Of a stretch of 64,000 bases of DNA, positions 38,416-50,063 are shown piece after piece. The notes under the pieces were generated by a model that worked only from the letters and a program-made list of their open reading frames with translations, had not been told where the DNA came from and did no database searches. Made by a program: the position numbers and the translations under genes. This stretch comes from Ranitomeya imitator (Eukaryota). The number at the start of each line of letters is the position of its first letter. Within the stretch, counting starts at the first letter, position 1. Location: NCBI RefSeq assembly GCF_032444005.1, contig NC_091284.1, positions 151,776,001 to 151,840,000 on the forward strand. The letters are read 5' to 3'.

Positions 38416-40263
38416 CCCTATATGTGAAGGAAAACTATTGTTTGGATGCCATGTCGCATTTGCAGAGCCCCTGATGTACCTAAAATATAGAAACAACCAA
38501 CATGTGACACCATTTTGGAAACTACAGCCCTGAAGGAACTTATCTGGAGTAGAGGTGAGCATCTTGAACCTGCAGTGGCTTCTCAGAGATTTATAACAGT
38601 GATCCATGAAAATTAAAAATCTAATTTTTCCCACAATAATGTAGCTTTAGCCACAAAGTTTTCCTTTTCACAAGTGTAACAAGAGAAAATGGACCCTCAA
38701 ATCTGTTGTGTGATTTTTCCTGAGCATGAAAATACACTTTGTGTGGTGGAAAACTATTGTTTGGGCACATGGCAGCCCTCGTTTCATTTTGGAACTTATA
38801 ACTCTTGAGGAATTGATCTAGGAGTGTAGAGAGCATTTTTAACCATCAAATAATTCACAGAATTGTATGATATTGGGCTAAGTGAATGGAAAATTAACAT
38901 TTTTCCACTAAAATGTTGCTTTAGTTTTCTATCGTCAAAAGTGATAATAGGAGACAATGAACCATACAATTTGTTACACAATTTCACTTCAGTATGCCAA
39001 TACCCCATATGTGGTTAAAAACTACTTTTGAGGCACATTGCAAAGCTCAGAAGGGAAGGATTCCCATATTATAGTTCAAATTTTGCTGGAATGATTTGAT
39101 GGTGCCATGCCACATTAACAGAGCCCCTCAGGTGCCAAAACATAAAAATCCCTCCATCAGAGACCCCATTTTACAAACTACACATCTCAATGAATTAATC
39201 GAGCGTTTACAGTGAGCATGTTGACACCACAGGCGCCTCACAGAATTTTATACCATTGGACAGTGAAGAAAGAATAAATTGCATTTTTTAACACTAAAAT
39301 GTTGTTTTAGCCCCATGGTTATAATTTTTTGTAAGGATTATTAAGAAAAAATGTACTGTGTAGTTTGTTGTGCAATTTCTCCTGAGTATGTCAATACCCT
39401 AAATGCAATTTAGAACTACTTTTCATTCACAGTGGAAAGCTCAGAAGGGAAGGAGCGCCATATTATAGAGCAGATTTTTCTGCTATGGTTTGCTGGTGCC
39501 ATAACCCACTGGAAAAGCCCCTGAGGTGCCACAACTGCAGAACCTCCCTCATAAGTGACCCGATATTACAAACTACATATCTCAACGAATTCATTCAAGG
39601 GTGCAGTGATCAGATTGACATAAGGGGTGTGTCAAAAGCATCATTGGACATTGAAGAAAAAAGTGCTACATTTTTATCACAAAAATATGTTTTAGCCCTG
39701 TGTGGCACCCCTGAGGGTCCAGTCACCACAGAGGCACTGCACCTCAGCCAGAGGTGTGGTACCCCACTCTTGGGTAAGGAGGGGGCACAACCTGGTACCC
39801 ACACACTAGCATCCAACACCACACCACTCCAGGCCAGGGGATCTGGGTGGACCCTATTTAGGGAGGGCCCCATCTCAGGCTAGAGGGGGAACTAGGTAGA
39901 GGGTGTGGGTGGAGGAAGTAGATAAGGGTAGGAGACCTGGAGGTAGAGTGACAGTTGGGAGTTAAATGTTGTCATGGAAACGGGAGTGAGGCGGATTGAG
40001 TCTGAGGAGTGTGAGGGAGAAGTGAGGAGTAACCGAGAGGAGCTAGAGAGAGAAAGGGTCCTAGGGGCCAAGGAAGTGAAGAATACACCCATGGCGCCCG
40101 ATTCCTTGCCGACCGTAATCAGGTGGAGGGACCAGGTCACAGTGGGGGCAGAACCCAGACTAGTCGAGAGACTGTAGGACTGTAGCTAGCAAACCTGAGG
40201 CTGTAGTATCTATGTACAACAGCCAAAATGATACACAATAGCTAAAAAGTCAACCACATAGGG

Positions 40264-41028
40264 TGTTGTGAATTCTGCTCTTGGGCTCCCTCCGGTGGTT
40301 ATGAGTGGTAGTGCTGCTGTCTTTGGATCGCAGCATTTATCAGGTGTGTCCACTTATTGCAATTTGGACTGGGCTATTTAGTCTTGCTTGATCCTTTAGT
40401 CAGTGCCAGTTGTCCATTGTTTTTGGAGGATTCACTTCCATACCTGGTCTCTCCTGTTTTGCTGTTCATTTCAACAAAGATAAGTTCTGACTTTGTTTTT
40501 GCTGTCCACATGCTGTGGGCCTTATAGTTCAGTGCATTTTCATGTTTTGCCTTGTCCAGCTTTGTCTGTGTAAGGATCTTTTGCAGCCAAGCTGTATCTC
40601 TGGAGATGCAGATATACCCTCCATGTCTTTAGTCAGATGTGGAGATTTGTATTTTCTGTGGTGGATATTTTCTAGTGTTTTAATACTGACCGCATAGTAC
40701 TCTGTCCTATTCTTTCTTTTTAGCTAGAAAGGCCTCCTTTGCTAAATCCTGATTTCAGTCTGCGTATATCATTTCCCTCTCCTCTCACAGTCAATATTTG
40801 TGGGGGGCTGTCTATCCTTTGGGGATTTTCTCTGAGGCAAGATAGTTTTCCCGCTTCTATCTTCAGGGGGAAGTTAGTCCTTAGGCTGTGACGAGGTGTC
40901 TAGGGAGTGTTAGGTACATCCCACGGCTACTTCTAGTTGCAGTGATAAGTTCAGGGTTTGCGATCAGTACAGGTACCACCTTCTCCAGAGTACATCTCAT
41001 GCTGCTCCTAGGCCACCAGATCATAACA
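40264..41028 (+). mobile_element. Solo LTR family B, 765 bp
   Basis: TGTTGTGA...TCATAACA inverted termini; ATAGGG duplicated on both sides (40258-63 / 41029-34). Confidence 0.88.
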
Positions 41029-41397
41029 ATAGGGTCAAGGGGACCACGACGTCATCGTCCGACAGAACCTGAGGCTGCTGGCTTGGGACACTGAGTGAAG
41101 GCATGAGCCAGTGCACAGAGATGACCTGGGAAGGTACACAAGAAAGGCGTCCCGGAAAACTGCACCCAAACTACCTGAGAGCTGGCTGGACCACCGTTCC
41201 GGAGGACACAGCACCCGGCTGGTGATTGTAACCTAAAGACTCATAGAAAAAGTCAACCACCAGCACTCGGATATAGGATGCACGCTCCAGAGTCCCAGGA
41301 TCCAATCGGGCCCAAAATCACAAATAAAGAAAAAAAGAGCAGCGTCCATACCAGGTGAATCGTATCCAAAAACGGTCTTTATTCAGCCATATAAAAG

Positions 41398-41434
41398 ATG
41401 CAACGTTTCGGCCACAATGGCCTTTGTCAAGCAT
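41398..41434 (-). ncRNA. Variant hammerhead motif (left arm)
   Basis: Exact inverse of 46337-46373. Confidence 0.65.
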
Positions 41435-42486
41435 ACAAAACATCAATAGTGGCCATCTTAAATAGTGTGGAACCTATACAGGGACCAATCACTACCAAGG
41501 GGCGGCCTTTATTAAATCACACTAAAATCACAAAATATATAGTTAAATTGTGCGCCACATATAAAACATCAACCATCAATGTCTAATTACAAACATATAA
41601 TCCAAATACTAACAAAACAAACTAAGAAAAACACAGAGGACAGAAATACCCGATCATTAGCCCAATCGTCACTCAAGTTGTTTGGGTGTCATGGTAGTGT
41701 GTCCTCCAATCGCTGATGTAGTTCATGTCCACATACCCGTGTATCCAATCACCTTCTGTTATACAAAAGGCCTGCCAGCTGATCCCCATGATTCATTCCT
41801 TACCCGCATGTATGTATCAGTCCGCCCGTGAACGCCAGCGCCTGCGCACAGCGCACACCACAGCAGCGGTCACATGACTACCACCTGATGCGACACACAG
41901 CGCCCGCAACCGGCGTCACAGGTCGGACGTCATCACTAGTATCCACAGCAGCAGATGCGATCACATGAACGGCAAGGAGGAGCCATGACGCAACAGCGCC
42001 CGCACCCCCAGCACGCCCACATGACGCAACGCGCCTGCACACAACGAGGAAATTAGAAACATAGCCAAATCCATGGCACCCGCACTCCAATTTACATCAG
42101 TTGACTAAGCGAATCATCACACTAAGCGATTTGGCAGATTTGGCAGACAAGGATCAAAGGGAGGAGAGAGAGCACCTGAAAAAAAATAAAAAACAAAATC
42201 CAAAACAAAACAAAGAACTTTCTAAGGCAAAAACAAAACTTTCCCAATATCCTCCATGTGCTCCTTGGATATCAAATCCTGAATCCACTGTAAACACAAA
42301 TAAATAAAACGAAAACAAAAGAGAGAGAAACAATTAAAAACATGTAATAGCACAGAGCACAGATTTTTTAAAAAAGTACACAGAATTGGAAGTACACGTC
42401 AGGGAAGGCGATCAGGACATACCAACTTTATATGCATTTTAAATGGAAATAGCAAACAAGGCCATCGCCTAAATATTACATCTACA

Positions 42487-43796
42487 TTAAGACATGCATA
42501 TATGCAGATTATAATCTACATTCAACCCTTTGGGTTGTAGAGTCTCTAGAACCGAGATCCACCTCAACTCTTTCTGTTTAAGTTTCAATGTCCTATCTCC
42601 ACCTCTCCTCCAAGCTGGGACCCCATCAGTGACCCTAAAGCGCAGTTGATTAATAGAGTGTCTACATTCACTGAAGTGTTTAGGTATGGGAAGCTCATGT
42701 AACTTGGTTCTTATTGTGCTCTTATGTTTAGTTATTCTTGTTTTGACTTCCGTTGTTGTCTCACCAACATACATAAGTCCACATGGACATACTATTAGGT
42801 AGACCACAAATTTCGTTGTACATGTATACCGATCTTTGATCATAAATTTTTTACCAGTCTGAGGATGAAGGAAACTATCCCCCTTAAGCATATTCCCACA
42901 ACATGCACAGTTGAGGCAGGGAAAGTTGCCCATCCGCGGAGGACATAGTGTCCGCTGGATGGCAACCCTGCCAGTCCCAACATCCGACTTCACCAACTGG
43001 TCCTTCAGATTACGACCCCGTCTATAGGAAAGAATAGGCCGCGAGCGGAAGTCCTGAATATGAGGTAAACCTTTCTGTAGTAGCCCCCAGTGTTTATTCA
43101 AAATATTGGACAAACCACTGCTGGCTGGGCAATACGTGGAAACGAATGGTATACGTTTCTGTTTAGCCTTACTTCCATGGGTCAAAAGCTCACCATCAGT
43201 TGATCTGGTGACTTTTTCCTTATGCCCCAACACCATCTCCCTTGGATACCCTCTACGCATAAACTTCTCACACATTTCTGTCAATCTTCTGTCACAGACC
43301 TCATCATCTTTAACAATTCGCCGTACCCGAACCAACTGGCTCCAAGGTAGTGAATCCATCATTCTTTTAGGATGATAACTGTCGTAACACAAAAGGCTAT
43401 TCCTATCCGTCGTCTTTGTGAATAGATCTGTCCAGAGGTTATCACCTTGCTTTTACACCATGGTATCCAAAAATTGTACCCTGTCCACCGAGTACATCAT
43501 AGTGAACTTCAACTCAGGGTGAAAATTGTTCAGCTCATTCAAGAAACCAAAAAGATCCTCCTGGGTCCCCTCCCATACACAAAAAATGTCATCGATATAG
43601 CGCCACCAGGCCCGGACGTGGCACCAGAAGCTGGATCTGTACACATGTTGGTCGTTGAGTACCGCCATGTAGATGTTGGCATACGTGGGGGCCACATTGG
43701 ACCCCATGGCGGTACCTCGTAACTGCTGGTAGTAATCATCCCCAAAGAGGAAAAAATTCCTCCCGAGGATGAACTCCAGCAGTGTGAGGACCAACT
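42487..43796 (-). pseudogene. PLE RT C-terminal half plus GIY-YIG (left arm)
   Basis: GTAMGSNVAP, RYIDD, FLD, CLNCACC, VVYLIVCPCG.MYVGET, GLN. A TAA stop lies at 43455-43453. Confidence 0.92.
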
Positions 43797-43797
43797 C

Positions 43798-45291
43798 GCT
43801 CGTTCCTACATTAGAGACACTAGTGATTTTTTGGAAAAATTGAGTACCATCCCTGTGAGTACCTCTACCTTTTAGGTGTCCTTCGATGTAGTGTCTTTGT
43901 ACACATCTATTGAACATGAAAGGGGTCTATACGCTGTCGGTGTGGCGCTGTCGGGCTCGGACGTGGCGCCGGATTGTGCACAGTTGGTCCTCACACTGCT
44001 GGAGTTCATCCTCGGGAGGAATTTTTTCCTCTTTGGGGATGATTACTACCAGCAGTTACGGGGTACCGCCATGGGGTCCAATGTGGCCCCCACGTATGCC
44101 AACATCTACATGGCGGTACTCGAGGACCAACATGTGTACAGATCCAGCTTCTGGTGCCACGTCCGGGCCTGGTGGCGCTATATCGATGACATTTTTTCTG
44201 TATGGGAAGGGACCCAGGAGGATCTTTTTGGTTTCTTGAATAAGCTGAACAATTTGCACCCTGAGTTGAAGTTCACTATGACGTACTCGGTGGACAGGGT
44301 ACAATTTTTGGATACCATGGTGTATAAGCAAGGTGATTACCTCTGAGCAGATCTATTCACAAAGACGACGGATAGGAATAGCCTTTTGTGTTACGACAGT
44401 TATCATCCTAAAAGAATGATGGATTCACTACCTTGGAGCCAGTTGGTTCGGGTGCGGCGAATTGTTAAAGATGATGAGGTCTGTGACAGAACATTGACAG
44501 AAATGTGTGAGAAGTTTATGCGTAGAGGGTATCCAAGGGAGATGGTGTTGGGGCATAAGGAAAAAGTCACCAGATCAACTGATGGTGAGCTTTTGACCCA
44601 TGGAAGTAAGGCTAAACAGAAACGTATACCATTCGTTTCCACGTATTGCCCAGCCAGCAGTGGTTTGTCCAATATTTTGAATAAACACTGGGGGCTACTA
44701 CAGAAAGGTTTACCTCATATTCAGGACTTCCGCTCGCGGCCTATTCTTTCCTATAGACGTGGTCGTAATCTGAAGGACCAGTTGGTGAAGTCGGATGTTG
44801 GGACTGGCAGGGTTGCCATCCAGCGGACACTATGTCCTCCGCGGATGGGCAACTTTCCCTGCCTCAACTGTGCATGTTGTGGGAATATGCTTAAGGGGGA
44901 TAGTTTCCATCATCCTCAGACTGGTAAAAAATTTATGATCAAAGATCGGTATACATGTACATCGAAATTTGTGGTCTACCTAATAGTATGTCCATGTGGA
45001 ATTATGTATGTTGGTGAGACAACAACGGAAGTCAAAACGAGAATAACTAAACATAAGAGCACAATAAGAACCAAGTTACATGAGCTTCCCATACCTAAAC
45101 ACTTCAGTGAATGTAGACACTCTATTAATCAACTGCGCTTTAGGGTCATTGATGGGGTCCCAGCTTGGAGTAGAGGTGGAGATAGGACATTGAAACTTAA
45201 ACAGAAAGAGTTGAGGTGGATCTCGGTTCTAGAGACTCTACAACCCAAAGGGTTGAATGTAGATTATAATCTGCATATATGCATGTCTTAA
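43798..45291 (+). pseudogene. PLE RT plus GIY-YIG (right arm)
   Basis: RSYIRDTSDFLEKL...SFDVVSLYTSI...RYIDD...GIY-YIG. Stops at ~43873 (TAG) and 44344-46 (TGA). Confidence 0.92.
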
Positions 45292-46336
45292 TGTAGATGT
45301 AATATATAGGCGATGGCCTTGTTTGCTATTTCCATTTAAAATGCATATAAAGTTGGTATGTCCTGATCGCCTTCCCTGACGTGTACTTCCAATTCTGTGT
45401 ACTTTTTTAAAAAATCTGTGCTGTTACATGTTTTTAATTGTTTCTCTCTCTTTTGTTTTCGTTTTATTTATTTGTGTTTACAGTGGATTCAGGATTTGAT
45501 ATCCAAGGAGCACATGGAGGATATTGGGAAAGTTTTGTTTTTGCCTTAGAAAGTTCTTTGTTTTGTTTTGGATTTTGTTTTTTATTTTTTTCAGGTGCTC
45601 TCTCTCCTCCCTTTGATCCTTGTCTGCCAAATCTGCCAAATCGCTTAGTGTGATGATTCGCTTAGTCAACTGATGTAAATTGGAGTGCAGGTGCCATGGA
45701 TTTGGCTATGTTTCTAATTTCCTCGTTGTGCGCAGGCGCGTTGCGTCATGTGGGCGTGCTGGGGGTGCGGGCGCTGTTGCGTCATGGCTCCTCCTTGTCG
45801 GTCATGTGATCGCATCTGCTGCTTGTGGATACTAGTGATGACGTCCGACCTGTGACGCCGGTTGCGGGCGCTGTGTGTCGCATCAGGTGGTAGTCATGTG
45901 ACCGCTGCTGTGGTGTGCGCTGTGCGCAGGCGCTGGCGTTCACGGGCGGACTGATACATACATGCGGGTAAGGAATGAATCATGGGGATCAGCTGGCAGG
46001 CCTTTTGTATAACAGAAGGTGATTGGATACACGGGTATGTGGACATGAACTACATCAGCGATTGGAGGACACACTACCATGACAACCAAACAACTTGAGT
46101 GACGATTGGGCTAATGATCGGGTATTTCTGTCCTCTGTGTTTTTCTTAGTTTGTTTTGTTAGTATTTGGATTATATGTTTGTAATTAGACATTGATGGTT
46201 GATGTTTTATATGTGGCGCACAATTTAACTATATATTTTGTGATTTTAGTGTGATTTAATAAAGGCCGCCCCTTGGTAGTGATTGGTCCCTGTATAGGTT
46301 CCACACTATTTAAGATGGCCACTATTGATGTTTTGT

Positions 46337-46373
46337 ATGCTTGACAAAGGCCATTGTGGCCGAAACGTTGCAT
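46337..46373 (+). ncRNA. Variant type I hammerhead motif (right arm)
   Basis: ATGC-TTGACAAA-GGCC-ATTGT-GGCC-GAAAC-GTT-GCAT: stem I ATGC/GCAT, stem II GGCC/GGCC, palindromic AACGTT, non-canonical core. Confidence 0.65.
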
Positions 46374-47559
46374 CTTTTATATGGCTGAATAAAGACCGTT
46401 TTTGGATACGATTCACCTGGTATGGACGCTGCTCTTTTTTTCTTTATTTGTAACCTAAAGACTGTGAGTAAAGTGTGAAGACTGCACCCTGCTGTGTCTT
46501 CAGAATTATTTACTGCATCACCTGTCCAGTACTACAACTGTTATCATCATCAAATTAACCCTATAACTGCCCTGGGGCCCGCTCTATCTGTGGTGAGCTG
46601 TAACATCTCTGCTGTGTCACCAACCACCCCAGAGGACCTGAATCACAGCGTCTGCCATCTATTGCTGAACACCATGGGTGGCGTCACGACTTAATCCCCT
46701 ATAAACTTTCCCCCTTGCATTTTATTGCACACCCAGGGCCACGGACCAGGTCACTGCTGTTGTGATATCCCCTGAAGAACTGACAAGCCCGGACCGAGTT
46801 CCCCCCAGCTCTAGCGGAAGTTGCACCGGTATTTTACATTTTCACAGGGAAATGGGTAAAAATGGCATGAACAGTTGTCACACAAGTCCTGCTGTGTGGG
46901 GAAAAACCCCATATGTGACTTCACAGTATTGCTTAGCGAGATGGCGAGACTCAAGAGGGAAAGACTGCTATTTGACTCTAGTAAAACAAATGATCGTAGA
47001 ATAGTTTGTGGACGCTATATACAGAGCATCAAAGTGCTATAAGAGCAGAATGCCACCTCAAGTGACTCCATTTTGGAAATTACACACCTCTGGTAATTTA
47101 TCTAAAGGTGTAGTGATGATTTTGACTCCATAAGTGTTTTCCAGAAACAAGCAACAGTGGATATCGCTGAGTGAAAATTGCAAATCTGCTGTTGTAGTGC
47201 CCATACATTGTAGTGCACATGCAATGCACATTCTGGAGATATGGACCCAGTAAATTAAGCTTGCTCTTGTAAGCAGGTTCGGAAATGCAATCCATGTGTA
47301 CGTGTGTTTCATATTTGAGTCATACGTGTGGCAACTGTGTGCCACCCGTTTGAGGCATTAATATCATATGTACAGGTGCCTGAAAAAAACTGGCACAGTT
47401 TGCGCTGTTCTCAGATGAGGGTGCTGAAGACAGCTTACATCATTGTCACCTGGGATCAGCGCAAGCAGGGGGCAATGTTGAGAGTTGTACTCAAGCGTAA
47501 AATTAAGAATAATTGAAAAAAACAACAACCTGACTGAAGTTGAAAGAATCTATAGTGTA

Positions 47560-50060
47560 ATCAATCTGTGCAACATTGCTCATCAGAATGAGCGGTGGCC
47601 GCAAGCAACAGCTCACACTGAATGGAGAATGGGAGAATGACTTGCTGCAGCGATAGCAGGCCTCATTGTGAATTGCGGTCAAATCAATGAGATCACAGCT
47701 ACCACCCTGAGAAAAAATGTCATGGTGCTAAGCTCTTGAGTTCATCGCAGTTCAGGGGCCTGTCTGGGAACACAGCTTCAGCTCGCAGCAGCTCATTCTC
47801 CAGTGGTTTCCAGACTGGACAGTCGCATCTTGGCACCGTTCAGGTTGAAAACTATTTATCGCTGACATGAATTAGGTTTTTTACAGGAGACGGTAGCTTC
47901 AATGGAATGGGCATTAGGTGAGTATCTTTGTTGTTTATTAGTTTCTGTTTCTTACAGGCTATGAGGGCTTCAATGGAATGGGTGCTAGGTGAGTATAATT
48001 GTTTGTTATTTTTAAATAAAAAAGTAAAACTGTGTGCCTTTTTATTTAAAATAAAAGACTTTATTCTTGCCATGTGTTTAATTACATTATAACTATAGGA
48101 TTACTAATAGATAGGTGAGTCGCCTGTCAGGGAAGTGGGGTACTCGGTACAAAGTCTGGTCGCAACCAAAGGGGTGGTCACGATGGCAGTGACCCGGTCT
48201 GTGGCCCTGGGCGCCCATGTAAAAGGGACGGTCTTTAAAGGGGTTGTGGAAATTATGAAAGTTTGTGACACCACCTGTGGCTTTCGGTCAGAGGTGACCG
48301 ACTCTGCTTATAGGGGTCCTCTAGGGTGATGGTGTTGCAGCAAAGATGGTGTCGCTTCCCAAATGTGAAGCGGTGTTCCCATGGCTCCCGGTGTGTTTGG
48401 CAGGGATGGTGATTGCTGACGAATAAATGGAGGACACAGGGTTGCAGTCTTTACCTGGTTTACTGGTGTTTAGCCGCCTCAGTCCAGGGTACCGGCAACA
48501 GGTAAAGATGGAGTCCAGGCAGCCCGAAGACAGGTGGAAATCCCCTTGACAGGTCAGTTTGGGAGCCTTCCACTATGTGCTGGTCTGTAGTCCCTTGCTG
48601 CCTGTTGCTCTCTAACAAGGTCCTCTTACTTCCCTGTCCAGGGACAGTACCTGCACGGTAAACAACTTGAGCCATCTCTTTGGGGTCTCTGTCCATGGTG
48701 ACTCCGGGCTCTGATTGCTGCTGTACCTCAGTTATTATGTGGGCAAGTCCCTTTTAGTTTCCTGCCCTCTGGTTCTGCCGTGGTACCTGTAGTTTCTCGC
48801 GACCTCGGGTTCCTGGTGCCTGGTTTCTGTGCTCAGCTTAGGGAGGCCCAGTTGCAGGTCTCCTCTAGTTCCTAAGTCCTTCTGTGCTCCTTTATTGTCT
48901 GATACCAACTGTCAACTGTCTGCACCAGACAAAATGACTCCTCCTCCAGACCAGGATGTATATAGGGAAGTTCCCCTTAAACCAGGTTTAGAGCCCCCCC
49001 ATCTGGCCTGGATTCAGAAAATGTTGCATGTAAGATTACCTGCCAAAGGGATCCCTCCTGTCTCCAGGCATGGCATTACCCTCCCCGAGAGGAAGGCAAT
49101 ACCACTTTGGTGCCTGAACCCCTGGGGTGCCAAATAGGTGTCTTATAGATGCCTCTCCATTACTAACTCGTGCGCTTGATGTCATCAGACAATACAAAGG
49201 TGACTTCAACTCCACAAATATTATACCCCACTTGCCACTCCCACAGGGCAAGTTGGAAGAGCAAAGCAAAGCTTCAGAATTGGCACATCTATTAGATGCG
49301 CCTTTCCTGGGGCGGCAGGGGGATGTTATTTTTAGGTCATTTACCAGCCTGAGAATACCAGCCCCCAGGTTTATTTTGTCTGGTTGTCAAATTTTTAAAT
49401 AATTTAAACAAATGGCTGTCAGTTTAGCCTGGCTGGTTATCAAAAATACCGGGGAACCCACATTTTTTTTTTACATTTATTCAGTTATAGCGCATGTGCT
49501 GTCTGATGAATACTCCCATCAGCCGCTGCCTGCTCTCACTGTTATTAGTGGCAGCAAAATTAGGCTGATGGGAGTAGTAGTCCCATCAACCGATGCCTGT
49601 GACGAGAGAAAAATTTTCAACTTTGGACAGATATTGTTATTTTTATATTTTTGATTGTTTACAGGGGGCAATTGCTTTAGGGGATTAGGTGATAAGTTGA
49701 GCAAAATGTGATTTTTCATTTTATTGTTATTTTTACACTTGAATACATCTCTCACCATTGTCCCCTGCTCGCTCTGATCTCAGGCAGAGCATAGGACAAT
49801 GATGAGAGCTGTTCTCAGCACCTGGCGCTGGGGAACATCGTGAACAGTACTGCTGATTCCAACGTGCCGGTACATGTCACACTAATGACACACAGATGTC
49901 ATCCTTGTGTCATAAGTATGCACGTGTGCAGGACGTTGTGCAGACGTTGTGCAGCCCATGCTGCAGCTAAACGGACATGTCATCATGTTTTGCCCATGAA
50001 CATAATGTTTGTGGAAACACACTGACATGTGCACAGACCAATTCACTTGAATGAGTCTAC
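47560..50060. mobile_element. Fragment of the 3824-9117 non-autonomous family, split by a solo LTR (approximate bounds)
   Basis: Shares blocks such as GGATTACTAATAGATAGGTGTCTTATAGATGC and GAGAATACCAGC with 4400-5100 and 8200-8800. Confidence 0.5.
48116..49134 (-). mobile_element. Solo LTR family A, reverse orientation
   Basis: TGAGTCGCC...GGGGTGCCAAA termini; 4-bp TSD TAGG (48112-15 / 49135-38). The host reads continuously when it is removed. Confidence 0.8.
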
Positions 50061-50063
50061 GTA

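Larger units (their letters stand above)
41242..46451. mobile_element. Head-to-head inverted pair of 5'-truncated PLEs (5.2-kb palindrome)
   Basis: Arms 41320-43796 and 43982-46451, 185-bp spacer, 78-nt extra tail on the left, and a 16-nt duplication TTGTAACCTAAAGACT (41226-41 / 46448-63). Confidence 0.93.
39701..46825 (+). mobile_element. Solo LTR family A split by two insertions (about 1130 bp net)
   Basis: TGTGGCACCCC...TTGCA termini; 4-bp TSD CCTG / CCGG. Similar to 24532-25649 and to the inverse of 48116-49134. Confidence 0.75.
37420..47110 (-). mobile_element. Reverse copy of the 21564-24354 element family, acting as host to nested insertions (approximate bounds)
   Basis: 37440-37480 is the inverse of 24290-24340. 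Host sequence resumes at 46826 after the LTR. Confidence 0.6.

Noticed and set aside
41320-46451. Palindrome as an assembly fold-back artefact
   Set aside because: The arms differ at multiple substitutions and indels, the ends are asymmetric, and a target duplication restores the host LTR. Long-read confirmation is still advisable.
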